Part shown: positions 1 to 8,463 of the stretch, in pieces
How the letters are laid out: the number at the start of each line of letters is the position of its first letter
Position numbering within the stretch: position 1 is the stretch's first letter
From: an uncultured Gammaproteobacteria bacterium
GTDB lineage: Bacteria > Patescibacteriota > Patescibacteriia > UBA9934
DNA: 64,000 bases
NCBI GenBank assembly: GCA_964552565.1
Contig: CAZKGL010000001.1
Coordinates: forward strand, 25,875 to 89,874
Reading direction: 5' to 3'
Made by a program: the position numbers and the translations under genes
The notes under the pieces: generated by a model
The model's database searches: none
What the model was told of the DNA's origin: nothing
Seen by the model: only the letters and a program-made list of their open reading frames with translations

Positions 1-20
1 AAAAGGAAAGGAGCGCTCCG

Positions 21-572
21 TCATGAGCGCTCCTCGCGGGAATAGTGGACGATCCAGAGGCCGTCTCGGTTGTTGCAGGGGCTCGGCGTCTGCACGCCGA
101 GGGACCGGTACCACGGCAGCAACCGAGGGTCCGACACGACACCCCAGAAGGCTCCTTTCTCGGAGAGGATGGTGGCGATGGCCCTGCGGAACATCACGTC
201 CCCGATCCCTTGCCCGCGCAGTTCGTGACGAACCTGGAGACAGCTCACGAAATGTACGCCTTCGGAGACGAGTCGTTCGGCCGCCTCGCGGTTTCTGGGA
301 TCGCGTAGGCGCTCCGGGCTGTACGTGAAGTGCAGTACGCCGCCGACGAACTCGGCGGGACGACCCGGAAGGACGAACTGGTAGGGCGTGATGTCCCCGT
401 CGCCTTGGGCCGTGCGTTCGAGCAGCGTGTCGCGGAAGTGGGCGGCGTTCGTCGCGTAGCGCAGGTCATCCATGCCGGCGAGCCAGGGGACCACCGATCC
501 GAACTCCTCCATGATTCCCAGGTACTGGATGAGGAACCTTCGGCCACGGAGGCCGACTTGTTGCAACCGCAT
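21..572 (-). CDS. GNAT family N-acetyltransferase
   Basis: ORF 21..647(-) trimmed to ATG preceded by AAAAAGGAGG SD; Q/RxxGxG-like motif LRGQGIGDVMF typical of GNAT acetyl-CoA binding. Confidence 0.55.
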   Translation of the reverse strand: MRLQQVGLRGRRFLIQYLGIMEEFGSVVPWLAGMDDLRYATNAAHFRDTLLERTAQGDGDITPYQFVLPGRPAEFVGGVLHFTYSPERLRDPRNREAAERLVSEGVHFVSCLQVRHELRGQGIGDVMFRRAIATILSEKGAFWGVVSDPRLLPWYRSLGVQTPSPCNNRDGLWIVHYSREERS

Positions 573-669
573 GCACGCCTCCTTTTTGGCGGTGTTCCGG
601 CGGGATGCCGAACGGATGAGACTACAGAAAAACGCATGCCGCGTCAATGCTGCATGCGACCCCCTCTTC

Positions 670-698
670 TTGACCGGGATGAATCTTTTGGCTATATT
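670..698 (+). promoter_or_regulatory. sigma70-type promoter TTGACC-17-TATATT for tRNA-Glu
   Basis: TTGACC and TATATT hexamers with 17 nt spacer ending ~20 nt before tRNA 5' end. Confidence 0.6.
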
Positions 699-719
699 AG
701 CGCAGCAAAAACCATCGAC

Positions 720-794
720 GGCCCCATCGTCTATCGGTTAGGACACGGGCTTTTCAAGCCTGTAAGCTGGGTTCGACTCCCAGTGGGGTCACCA
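720..794 (+). tRNA. tRNA-Glu (anticodon TTC)
   Basis: Manual cloverleaf: acceptor GGCCCCA/TGGGGTC, anticodon loop TTTTCAA, T-arm CTGGG-TTCGACT-CCCAG, encoded CCA. Confidence 0.85.
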
Positions 795-822
795 AAAAAT
801 CTGCCAGCTGGCAGATTTTTTG
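795..822 (+). terminator. hairpin AAAAAATCTGCCAG/CTGGCAGATTTTTT after tRNA-Glu
   Basis: perfect inverted repeat flanked by A and T runs. Confidence 0.5.
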
Positions 823-952
823 TGTGACACCAAGGACATGCCCTGCGGCATGTCCGTCGGGAGTCGAACGCCGGAGCCATATGCGAGCACCAGCGAGCAT
901 GGCGAGGCGGTGGCCAGCCCGAGCCGAGTGACGACGAGGCGAGAGGCGCGGC

Positions 953-973
953 CGACTCCCAGTGGGGTCACCA
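953..973 (+). repeat. 21-nt direct duplicate of the tRNA-Glu 3' end (CGACTCCCAGTGGGGTCACCA)
   Basis: identical to positions 774-794; lies 160 bp downstream of the intact tRNA. Confidence 0.8.
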
Positions 974-1088
974 CAAGCGCCGCTTCGAACGAGGCGGCTT
1001 TTGTGTAAGCCCTGAAAAACAAGAGCGCACCCGACGAGCGGAACCGCAGGCCGGATGGCTTGCTCTTGTTCCGCGCGGGTGCGCGAGA

Positions 1089-1733
1089 CTACCCCTTCCA
1101 GTGCCACCACTCGGATGAGATGGCGCCGGAGAAGCCGGCGTCGTGGAGGGCGGTTGCCATGATGACGAAGTGCATCATCGCGGCGTCGCTCCAGAGGGTC
1201 GGCTTCGTCCAAGTGGACGGAGTGGTCCACTGCCCGCTGACGCTCCCGGAGGGAGGACGCGGACGGGACTTGTCGGTCTTCGTGTCTCCCGGGAAGAGGC
1301 CGGAGTCGAACTTTGAGGGGAGTTCGATCGGCGTTCCGTTCGCGCTCACCAGCCCGACGTCGATGACCTTGCCGTACGTGTGGCCCGAGGGCTTGTCGTA
1401 CGGGTTGGCGACGAGACCACCGCAGTGGCTCGCACCGTGGTTGGCGACGCACGAGTCCCACATGGCGTACTGGTACGCCACGGGGCGAGCGCAGTCGTAC
1501 ATGACAAGGTGATACCCCTGCGCCGAAAGCGTGATTTCAGCCGCAGCGACCTTCGCGGCCGTTTCGGGCGTGAGCCAGCAGACGGCGGCTTCGGTGCCGC
1601 TGTAGAAGGCGTATCCCATGAAATTGTCCGGGGTGGCGTACTTCATCTCGACGACCACGGTCGGGGCGACCGTGGTGACATCGATCATGCCGGCGGGCGC
1701 GGCGAGGGCAACGGACGCGAGGAGAAGGAACAT
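1089..1733 (-). CDS. secreted peptidase M15 family (D-Ala-D-Ala dipeptidase/carboxypeptidase, VanX/VanY-like)
   Basis: ORF trimmed to ATG with AAGGAGA SD; N-terminal signal peptide MFLLLASVALAAPAG; C-terminal EWWHW zinc-site motif of M15 peptidases. Confidence 0.5.
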   Translation of the reverse strand: MFLLLASVALAAPAGMIDVTTVAPTVVVEMKYATPDNFMGYAFYSGTEAAVCWLTPETAAKVAAAEITLSAQGYHLVMYDCARPVAYQYAMWDSCVANHGASHCGGLVANPYDKPSGHTYGKVIDVGLVSANGTPIELPSKFDSGLFPGDTKTDKSRPRPPSGSVSGQWTTPSTWTKPTLWSDAAMMHFVIMATALHDAGFSGAISSEWWHWKG

Positions 1734-1790
1734 GGATGTCTCCTTAGGGGGTGTACGAAGGGCGACATTGGTGACGCCGTTCGGCCTTGT

Positions 1791-1819
1791 AAAATAGCAG
1801 AAAAATGGCATTTTGTCAA
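1791..1819 (-). promoter_or_regulatory. promoter TTGACA-17-TATTTT (minus strand) for M15 peptidase gene
   Basis: TGTCAA on plus strand at 1814-1819 = TTGACA on minus; 17 nt spacer. Confidence 0.5.
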
Positions 1820-1825
1820 TGCAGT

Positions 1826-1866
1826 TAGCAAAAATAAAAGCTCCCGAAAATCCTCGGGAGCTTTTA
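1826..1866 (-). terminator. rho-independent terminator after small coiled-coil gene
   Basis: GCTCCCGA-loop-TCGGGAGC stem followed by T-tract on minus strand. Confidence 0.6.
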
Positions 1867-2157
1867 TTACGCCGATTTCTTGAACCCCGCGCTCGATGAG
1901 AATCGGCTCTTTGCCGCGCGCATATCCGCGAGAACTTGCTGGCTTTCTTGGCGCAACGCCGCAGACTCGTCCTCAAGCGTTTCCCGCGCCTCCCATTCTT
2001 CGTCACTCAGCGCGTCGATGTGCTTGTGGATGTCGTTGAGACGCGCCTCAATGGCCTTTTGGCGCTCTTCCAGCTTCAATACCTCGTCATTCCCAAACGT
2101 GTCTTTGATCTCCTGTCCGGTCATGAACGACTGGTGGCGGCGCGATTCGATGCCCAT
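1867..2157 (-). CDS. small coiled-coil hypothetical protein
   Basis: 96-aa ORF, charged heptad-like sequence; starts 11 nt after stop of upstream PLP-enzyme gene. Confidence 0.4.
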   Translation of the reverse strand: MGIESRRHQSFMTGQEIKDTFGNDEVLKLEERQKAIEARLNDIHKHIDALSDEEWEARETLEDESAALRQESQQVLADMRAAKSRFSSSAGFKKSA

Positions 2158-2168
2158 ATGCTTGTATT

Positions 2169-3656
2169 CTATACCGGAAACGCCATACGGTCTGCAGCCC
2201 TGCGGAAGACTTCGACAAGCTGTTCCATTTGCGCCGCGCTTTCGGTGCCGACCGAGACGCGGACAAACGGCTTTGCGCGTTTTTTCGCGTGGAGCGCGGT
2301 GAGGTAGATGCGCGTCGTGGAAAATCCGAAGCTCGTGCCCGAAGTCAATTGCAGCCCCGCCCGTTTTGCTTCATCGAGGACGACGGAGACGAAGCGCGTG
2401 TAAAACAGCGGTCGGGCGAACGGCGTCTTGAAGGCGATGGTGAAAAACCCGCCGCGGAAAGGCAGGGCGTTCGTCCATGCCGCTCCACGGTAGGACGGCA
2501 GACTCGGATGGACGACGTGGGAGAGCGCGCTGCGTTTTTGACTGCGAATGTGGGCGTCGAGCGCAGCCGCGAGCGTCGCGGCGTTCCGATCGATGCGCGC
2601 CATGCGCCGGGCGAGGAGCGCGCGGTCGGGGGCGGGGAGCGCAAGCACCGAGGCGTCCGGCATGATGGTTCCGAGGTGCTGGCGGCATGCGTAGAGTGCG
2701 AGCGGCGTCATGCCGTTGCGCCACATGATCCCGCCGGTCACGCGGTCAAACCCGTATTGGTGGAATTTGTTGAGGCTCTCCACGACGATGAGCTGCAGCG
2801 GGCTTGTGCGGCGGAGGTGGCACAGCGGCTGGAACGACGGCCCGAGCCCGGTGTTGTCGAGGACGAGAGTCGTCCGGGCCCTGCACCGCGCCTCGATGGC
2901 GGGCAACAGCACGGCGAGGTCGGGGACCGCAACGTCCTCGGTGTTGCACAGGCTGTCGAGGAAGATGACGGACGGCCGGAGGGCGTCGACTGCGGCGATG
3001 ACCGCGCGGGTATCCATTTCGTCGACGGGGTGCACCCGGCCGTGGAAGAACCGCTCGAGAATGTCTTTATTTTCAAAATAGCAGCCCTTGCCGGCAAGGA
3101 CGGCTCCTTTTGCGGCGCCCCCGCTTGCCAGACAGGTGACGACCGTCGCAAACGCCGCCATGCCGCTTGTGGTGACATAGGCCTTCGGCGGGAATTGGAG
3201 CGGAGCATCCACGAACGCCCTGCGGAACGCGTGTTCGTACGCCACGGCGTCGAGATGGACATCGCGTTTGTAGTCGGTGATCGTCGCGTCGATGCGCCCT
3301 GTCTGCGTTCCCGCCATCGAGCGCAGGGTGTGCGCGAAGGAGGGCGACTGCCAGTCCGCTGCGGCGAGCGCGGCCGCGGTCACACCCTGGAGCGTGCGGA
3401 GCGTGTCGGCGATCCGGTCTTTCCGTTCGTGGAGCGCATCGACCTCGTGGGACGGCGCGGCGAGTTCATCCCGTACCGTGCGGTATGCGGCGCGCAGGTC
3501 ATCGGTATGCCGGCGCAGCAGGTCGCGCGTTGCGGGAGACACGATGTCGTCTGCGATTCGTTCGCCGAATGCGGCGAGGCGCCGGTCGGCTCCCGCAGCG
3601 AGCGCACGCAGTTCATCGATGTCGTCCGCGAGGTCGCGAAGGGTTTGGTCGGACAT
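2169..3656 (-). CDS. PLP-dependent Cys/Met-metabolism family enzyme (cystathionine gamma-synthase/lyase-like) with ~110-aa N-terminal extension
   Basis: ATG with GAGGAGGG SD; motifs TTSGMAAF, DNTG(LGP), ESLNKF (PLP-lysine region), C-terminal RVSVGTE. Confidence 0.6.
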   Translation of the reverse strand: MSDQTLRDLADDIDELRALAAGADRRLAAFGERIADDIVSPATRDLLRRHTDDLRAAYRTVRDELAAPSHEVDALHERKDRIADTLRTLQGVTAAALAAADWQSPSFAHTLRSMAGTQTGRIDATITDYKRDVHLDAVAYEHAFRRAFVDAPLQFPPKAYVTTSGMAAFATVVTCLASGGAAKGAVLAGKGCYFENKDILERFFHGRVHPVDEMDTRAVIAAVDALRPSVIFLDSLCNTEDVAVPDLAVLLPAIEARCRARTTLVLDNTGLGPSFQPLCHLRRTSPLQLIVVESLNKFHQYGFDRVTGGIMWRNGMTPLALYACRQHLGTIMPDASVLALPAPDRALLARRMARIDRNAATLAAALDAHIRSQKRSALSHVVHPSLPSYRGAAWTNALPFRGGFFTIAFKTPFARPLFYTRFVSVVLDEAKRAGLQLTSGTSFGFSTTRIYLTALHAKKRAKPFVRVSVGTESAAQMEQLVEVFRRAADRMAFPV

Positions 3657-3681
3657 ATGCTTCGTGCTACCCTCCTCACGT

Positions 3682-4662
3682 ATGGATTTCAGTCTTGCTC
3701 GGCAACGGATCCGTCTTGCGCGCGTCGACCTTGGCCCAAAGGCGGTACGGATTCCCGTGGCAGAGTGTACCGGGAAACGGCCCGGCCGAACACTCCTTGT
3801 GACCGCGGGCATGGACGGCGACGAGTATGCGGGCATGGAGGCCGCGTACCGGCTGATTGATCGGCTCGGCGCCGGTGAGTTTTCGGGACGGGTCATCGTC
3901 GTTCCGGTCGTGAACGCTCCTGGCTTTGCCGCGGAATGCAGCCAGAATCCACTCGACGGGCTGCTACCAAAGATGCGCGGCCTTGGCCGGCCGAACGGGT
4001 CGCCGACCGACCGGCTGCTCTCTTGGCTGTCGACGTACATCCGGCAGGCGGAATGTTGGTACGACATGCATGGCGGCGCGCTGACCGAGGGCCTGCAGCC
4101 GTTCCTGTGGCTGCACCGCGTGCCGGGGGAGGCGGACGCGCTGCACGCGCAGATTGTCGAGAGCCGGTTGGCGGAAACGATAGTCGACGAGCGGGCGATG
4201 CGCATTTCGAAGGCGGAGGTATTGGCGCGGGAGGGGAGAGCCTACATCCTTGCGGAGTCGGGCGCGCGGGGTGAGCGGCGGCCGGAAGACATCGAGCGGC
4301 ACTTGCGGTGGGTGCATGGCGTCATGGCGCTTATGGGCATGGTTGACGGCGGCGTCACGCCGGTCGCAGAGGCGCGGGTGTTTCACCGGGTCAAGTACTA
4401 CGTTGCGCCGTTTGACGGCATTTGGCGTGCGGCAGATGCGCGGAAGGATATTCGGAAGGGCGAGGCCGTGGGAACGTGCACGCGGCTCGATGGCACCGGC
4501 GCAGCGGTCATCCGTTTCCGCCAAAACGGCATCCGGTTGTGGTGGAAGGAGACGATGGCGCTGCGCAAAGGCGACGTCGTCTGTGCCGTTGCGTACAATG
4601 AAACGAAAGACCCCCGCAACGCGAGGCTGTGGGAGCCTTTCGTTGCAGGGGAGGTCGCCTAG
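3682..4662 (+). CDS. succinylglutamate desuccinylase/aspartoacylase (AstE/AspA) family protein
   Basis: LLVTAGMDGDEYAG resembles the GxHGNE metal site region of AstE/AspA; ORF 3277.. trimmed to first ATG after divergent gene. Confidence 0.45.
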   Translation: MDFSLARQRIRLARVDLGPKAVRIPVAECTGKRPGRTLLVTAGMDGDEYAGMEAAYRLIDRLGAGEFSGRVIVVPVVNAPGFAAECSQNPLDGLLPKMRGLGRPNGSPTDRLLSWLSTYIRQAECWYDMHGGALTEGLQPFLWLHRVPGEADALHAQIVESRLAETIVDERAMRISKAEVLAREGRAYILAESGARGERRPEDIERHLRWVHGVMALMGMVDGGVTPVAEARVFHRVKYYVAPFDGIWRAADARKDIRKGEAVGTCTRLDGTGAAVIRFRQNGIRLWWKETMALRKGDVVCAVAYNETKDPRNARLWEPFVAGEVA

Positions 4663-4967
4663 GCGGCGAGGCGCGGCTGGTAGCTGGCGCTGGTGAGCGC
4701 GGTGACGATGGCGTCGACCTTCGCCTGCACGTGGCCGATCTTGGGCGTGCGGCCGCCGACGCCCTTGATGGGCTGCGGCTGCTCGACGACCGGCGTGTTG
4801 CCGTCGAAGCGGACGCGGACGAGGCAGATGTCGGTCTCGACGATCCAGGTCGGCGTGAAGCCGTCGAGGATCTTGCCGATGACCTTGCCCGCGGGCTCGA
4901 CCTTGTCCATCCAGGGGCGGCGGACGAAGGAGGTGACGAGGCCGGGGACGGTCTGGGTGCGGTTCAT
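4659..4967 (-). CDS. hypothetical protein (102 aa)
   Basis: ORF with ATG start; downstream of strong promoter. Confidence 0.4.
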   Translation of the reverse strand: MNRTQTVPGLVTSFVRRPWMDKVEPAGKVIGKILDGFTPTWIVETDICLVRVRFDGNTPVVEQPQPIKGVGGRTPKIGHVQAKVDAIVTALTSASYQPRLAA

Positions 4968-5048
4968 GGGAACTCCGGGGTGAGGGGCGCACAAACGCCG
5001 AGGTTTCAGCGGTTTTGCGCCCGTCATCCCTGCATTTCGTAACGTTTC

Positions 5049-5077
5049 ATGATAGCATATTTTTGGTGTTTTGTCAA
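5049..5077 (-). promoter_or_regulatory. promoter TTGACA-17-TATCAT (minus strand)
   Basis: AT-rich intergenic; canonical hexamers. Confidence 0.6.
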
Positions 5078-5147
5078 TAAAAAGGCGTTATTTTTCCGCT
5101 AATATTCGCAAAAAAACAAAACACGGGGCTTTGCCCGTGTTTTGTGG

Positions 5148-5732
5148 TTACTTTGCTGCGGTAAAGCGTGCCTCGCAGACGTCCCATTTCAGGTTCATGA
5201 AGAACGCATTGATGTAGTCTGGGCGCTCCGCAGGGAGGTAATCGATGAGAAACGCGTGCTCCCAGACGTCCATGGCAAGGATGATGCGCAGGTCGCCAAG
5301 ATGGCCGAGTTCGTGGTCATTTACCCAGATATTGTGGAAGACTCCGGCCTTTGCGTCATAGGTGAGGAGCGTCCAGCCGATGCCGCGCATCATGCCGACC
5401 GCCTTGAACTCCGTCAGCCATGCGTCGACCGAACCCCACTGCGCGGCAAGCGCCGATTGCAGTCCACCGTCCACCATCCCACCATCTCCACCGAGTGCTT
5501 CAAAGTAGAGTTCATGAAGGCGCATGCCGTTGAACTCGAATGGGAAACGGCGCTTCAGCTCGGACAACGCCAAGGCGTTCTTTTCCGAGGCCGCTTTGAG
5601 CTCTTCGATTTTTGCCATGACCGCGTTCACGTTTTTCACGTAGCCCGCGTAAAGCCTGAGGTGGACGTCGACCTGCTTTGCCGAAAGCCCCTTGAGCTCC
5701 GGGAGGTTGAACTGCTGTTCGCTATAAGGCAT
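5148..5732 (-). CDS. sodA: Fe/Mn superoxide dismutase
   Basis: MPYSEQQFNLPELKG... DVWEHAFLIDY signature. Confidence 0.9.
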   Translation of the reverse strand: MPYSEQQFNLPELKGLSAKQVDVHLRLYAGYVKNVNAVMAKIEELKAASEKNALALSELKRRFPFEFNGMRLHELYFEALGGDGGMVDGGLQSALAAQWGSVDAWLTEFKAVGMMRGIGWTLLTYDAKAGVFHNIWVNDHELGHLGDLRIILAMDVWEHAFLIDYLPAERPDYINAFFMNLKWDVCEARFTAAK

Positions 5733-5775
5733 AGTGGTTTGGACTTTTGGTGCAACGAGTATACCATCCCGCGTT

Positions 5776-6843
5776 ATGCGTATTCTGGCAATAGAATCGA
5801 GTTGCGACGAGACATCGGTGGCGATTGTCGAGGGAGTGGGGGAGTCCGTGAAGGCTCCTGTGTGTGTGATTCGCTCGCAGATCGACATCCACAAGGCCTA
5901 CGGCGGCGTCGTGCCCGAGGTCGCGGCGCGCGAGCACCTCGAGTACCTGTTCCCCATGCTCAAGGAGGCGGGGGCGGCAAAAGACACGATCGACGCCATC
6001 GCGGTGACGGCCGGCCCCGGGTTGGCCCCTGCGCTGCGCGTCGGGGTGGAGACGGCGAAGACCTTGGCGTGGACATGGGGCAAGCCTTTGGTTCCGGTAT
6101 GCCATCTTGAGGGTCATATCTACGCCAGCTGGCTTGACCCCCTAGCCCCCATAAATGGGGGTAGCCGCGAAAACTCAACCCCCTCCATTCATGGAGGGGG
6201 CACGGGGGTGGTTTTTCCTGCGCTCGCACTTATCGTCTCTGGCGGCCACACCGAGTTGGTGCTCATGAAGGATCATGGCGACTTCGTCCGTTTGGGCGAA
6301 ACGATCGACGATGCCGCCGGCGAAGCGTTCGACAAGGTCGCGAAGATGCTCGGGCTCCCGTATCCCGGAGGTCCGGAAGTCGAAAAGCTCGCGAAAGGCG
6401 GCAGTACGATCGCGTTTGATTTCCCGCGCGCCATGCTCGACAAACCGACACTCGATTTCAGCTTTGCCGGGCTCAAAACGTCGGTGTTGTACACGCTGCG
6501 CAACAACGAAGCGAGCATGGGCGACGAGGTGTTCAGGAAAAACATCGCCGCCTCGTTCCAGGAGGCGGTCGTTGACGTGCTTGTGAAGAAGACCGAGAAG
6601 GCGATCGCGGCACATGCGCCCGCGTCGGTCATCCTTGCCGGCGGCGTTGCGGCAAATACGACGCTCCGGACGCGCATGCAGAGGCTTGGGGAGCACCTCG
6701 GCGTCCCCGTGTTCGTGCCGCCGTTCAGGTATTCCCTCGACAACGCGGCGATGATCGGCGTCGCGGGCTATTTCCGCGCCCGTGCCGGCCATGGCGCTGA
6801 TCCAAAAACGGTCGTCGCAGACCCGAACATGGACATCGTATGA
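5776..6843 (+). CDS. tsaD: tRNA N6-adenosine threonylcarbamoyltransferase
   Basis: MRILAIESSCDETS, HLEGH, VSGGHTELV motifs; contains a short Gly-rich insertion. Confidence 0.9.
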   Translation: MRILAIESSCDETSVAIVEGVGESVKAPVCVIRSQIDIHKAYGGVVPEVAAREHLEYLFPMLKEAGAAKDTIDAIAVTAGPGLAPALRVGVETAKTLAWTWGKPLVPVCHLEGHIYASWLDPLAPINGGSRENSTPSIHGGGTGVVFPALALIVSGGHTELVLMKDHGDFVRLGETIDDAAGEAFDKVAKMLGLPYPGGPEVEKLAKGGSTIAFDFPRAMLDKPTLDFSFAGLKTSVLYTLRNNEASMGDEVFRKNIAASFQEAVVDVLVKKTEKAIAAHAPASVILAGGVAANTTLRTRMQRLGEHLGVPVFVPPFRYSLDNAAMIGVAGYFRARAGHGADPKTVVADPNMDIV

Positions 6844-7262
6844 TCACGCATTCTGCAGAAGAAACAAAAAATGCCGCGGCCGACCTTGCCGCAACGCTCC
6901 AGGGCGGGGAGATGATCGCGCTTGTGGGCGATCTTGGCGCAGGCAAGACAACGTTTGTCCAAGGCCTTGCCGCTGCACTTGGCGCGACCGCGCGGGTGAA
7001 AAGCCCGACGTTCACGGTCATGAACGAGTACCCCGTCCACCATCCCACCATCCACCGACTGATCCACCTCGACCTCTATCGTTTTACTTCCGCGGACGAA
7101 CTGCGCGCGCTGTCGCTCGAAGACGAGCTCCGCAACGACACGGTCGTCGTCATAGAATGGCCGAACGCACTGCCGACCGTGTCCTGGCAGCCTGATGTCA
7201 CGGTGACCATCAGCCACGGCGCGCAGCCCGAGGAGCGGGCTATCGACATCGTACGAGCGTAA
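6840..7262 (+). CDS. tsaE: tRNA threonylcarbamoyladenosine biosynthesis protein TsaE
   Basis: P-loop GDLGAGKTTF; ATGA overlap with tsaD stop. Confidence 0.8.
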   Translation: MITHSAEETKNAAADLAATLQGGEMIALVGDLGAGKTTFVQGLAAALGATARVKSPTFTVMNEYPVHHPTIHRLIHLDLYRFTSADELRALSLEDELRNDTVVVIEWPNALPTVSWQPDVTVTISHGAQPEERAIDIVRA

Positions 7263-7974
7263 GCCCGGCGATCGCCGCGGTTTCGGCGCGGAGTACGGTC
7301 TTGCCGAGGCGGACGATATGGCTTTTGGCGTCCCGTGCAACGGCGAGTTCATGATCGGTAAAGCCGCCTTCGGGACCGATAAAGATGGCGAGTGCGCTTT
7401 GGCGGGGCGCAGTGGCCCCTCCTAGTACTTTTTCTAATGTTTCTCCGTCCCCTTCGTGGAGCACGATGCGACGCATGCCGTCCGTGTGGCCGATCGCGTT
7501 CGCAAACGGCATGGGGTCGTGGATGGCGGGAAGCCGCACGCGGCCGCACTGCTCGCTCGCTTCGCGCACAATGGCGCGCCACCGATCGGGGGTGGCGCTG
7601 AGTTTTTTAATCGTACGGTCGGTGAGGAGTGGGATGAATGCATTCGCGCCGAGTTCGGTGCATTTCTGGAGGACAAGTTCGAAATTTTCCCGCTTGAGGA
7701 GCGCAGCACAAACCGTGACTTCGGGGAGGAGCGGGTCGGGAACGGAACTGCCGGCAATGACCCCGGTGATTGCCGAGCGGCTGATGTCGGTAATGCGCCC
7801 GTCGATCTCTGTGCCGTCGTTCGGGAGGAGCGCAATGGGATCGCCGACCTTCATGCGGAGTACGGTCGTGATTTGCCGGTGGAGTGGGCCGGCGGGAATG
7901 GTAAACGCCTCCGCGGCGCGGGCGATGTACTCCTCGGGGACGAAGAAGCGTGCGGTGAGCATAGCTATTCGCAT
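7240..7974 (-). CDS. rsmE: 16S rRNA (uracil1498-N3)-methyltransferase
   Basis: FIGPEGGF motif and RsmE-like length. Confidence 0.8.
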   Translation of the reverse strand: MRIAMLTARFFVPEEYIARAAEAFTIPAGPLHRQITTVLRMKVGDPIALLPNDGTEIDGRITDISRSAITGVIAGSSVPDPLLPEVTVCAALLKRENFELVLQKCTELGANAFIPLLTDRTIKKLSATPDRWRAIVREASEQCGRVRLPAIHDPMPFANAIGHTDGMRRIVLHEGDGETLEKVLGGATAPRQSALAIFIGPEGGFTDHELAVARDAKSHIVRLGKTVLRAETAAIAGLTLVRCR

Positions 7975-7984
7975 CGTAGCGAAA

Positions 7985-8025
7985 TCAGAACGCCCCGTAC
8001 AGGACGTGGCGTCCTGTACGGGGCG
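7985..8025 (-). terminator. terminator hairpin (15-bp stem GCCCCGTACAGGACG)
   Basis: perfect stem-loop downstream of His-rich protein gene. Confidence 0.6.
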
Positions 8026-8028
8026 TAG

Positions 8029-8298
8029 CTAGTGGTGGCTGTGCTCGGCCTTGCGGTCGAGCCACCAGAGCACGAGGCGGATGATGAACCACCAGGTGAT
8101 GACCCCCCCGACGGCCGAGGTCAGGGTGAACTCCTTCGGGTTCGCCAGGCTCATGCCGATGATGAGCGCGGTGATCGCGAGGAAGATTCCCCAGCGACCG
8201 AAGAGGCTCTTCTTGCCGTGGCCGTGGTTGTGGCCGCCACCGTGCTGGTGGCCGCCGTTGCCGTGGCCCACGTGGGCCGAGTGGTTCGAAGCGCTCAT
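8029..8298 (-). CDS. His/Gly-rich small membrane protein (putative metal-binding)
   Basis: GGAGGA SD 5 nt upstream of ATG; N-term HSAHVGHGNGGHQHGGGHNHGHGKK then two predicted TM helices, C-term HSHH. Confidence 0.55.
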   Translation of the reverse strand: MSASNHSAHVGHGNGGHQHGGGHNHGHGKKSLFGRWGIFLAITALIIGMSLANPKEFTLTSAVGGVITWWFIIRLVLWWLDRKAEHSHH

Positions 8299-8377
8299 GT
8301 CAATCCTCCGGGAAGCGCAGTGGAAAGGCGTCTATGGAGGGTTTCGCGACGTTTCACGACTTCCTCCATGACCCTTT

Positions 8378-8406
8378 ACTCTAGCATAAAAATTGCCTTT
8401 TGTCAA
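8378..8406 (-). promoter_or_regulatory. promoter TTGACA-17-TAGAGT (minus strand)
   Basis: canonical hexamers upstream of His-rich protein gene. Confidence 0.6.
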
Positions 8407-8414
8407 TGAAAAAC

Positions 8415-8447
8415 AAGCAAAAAACGCCGTTTTTGCGGCGTTTTTTG
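8415..8447 (-). terminator. terminator after pilB (AACGCCG-loop-CGGCGTT + T-tract)
   Basis: inverted repeat with T runs on both sides. Confidence 0.6.
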
Positions 8448-8463
8448 CGGTCGGGAATAGGGA

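Noticed and set aside
330-827. 165-aa plus-strand ORF
   Set aside because: It runs through the tRNA-Glu gene and its promoter, so it is not a real CDS.
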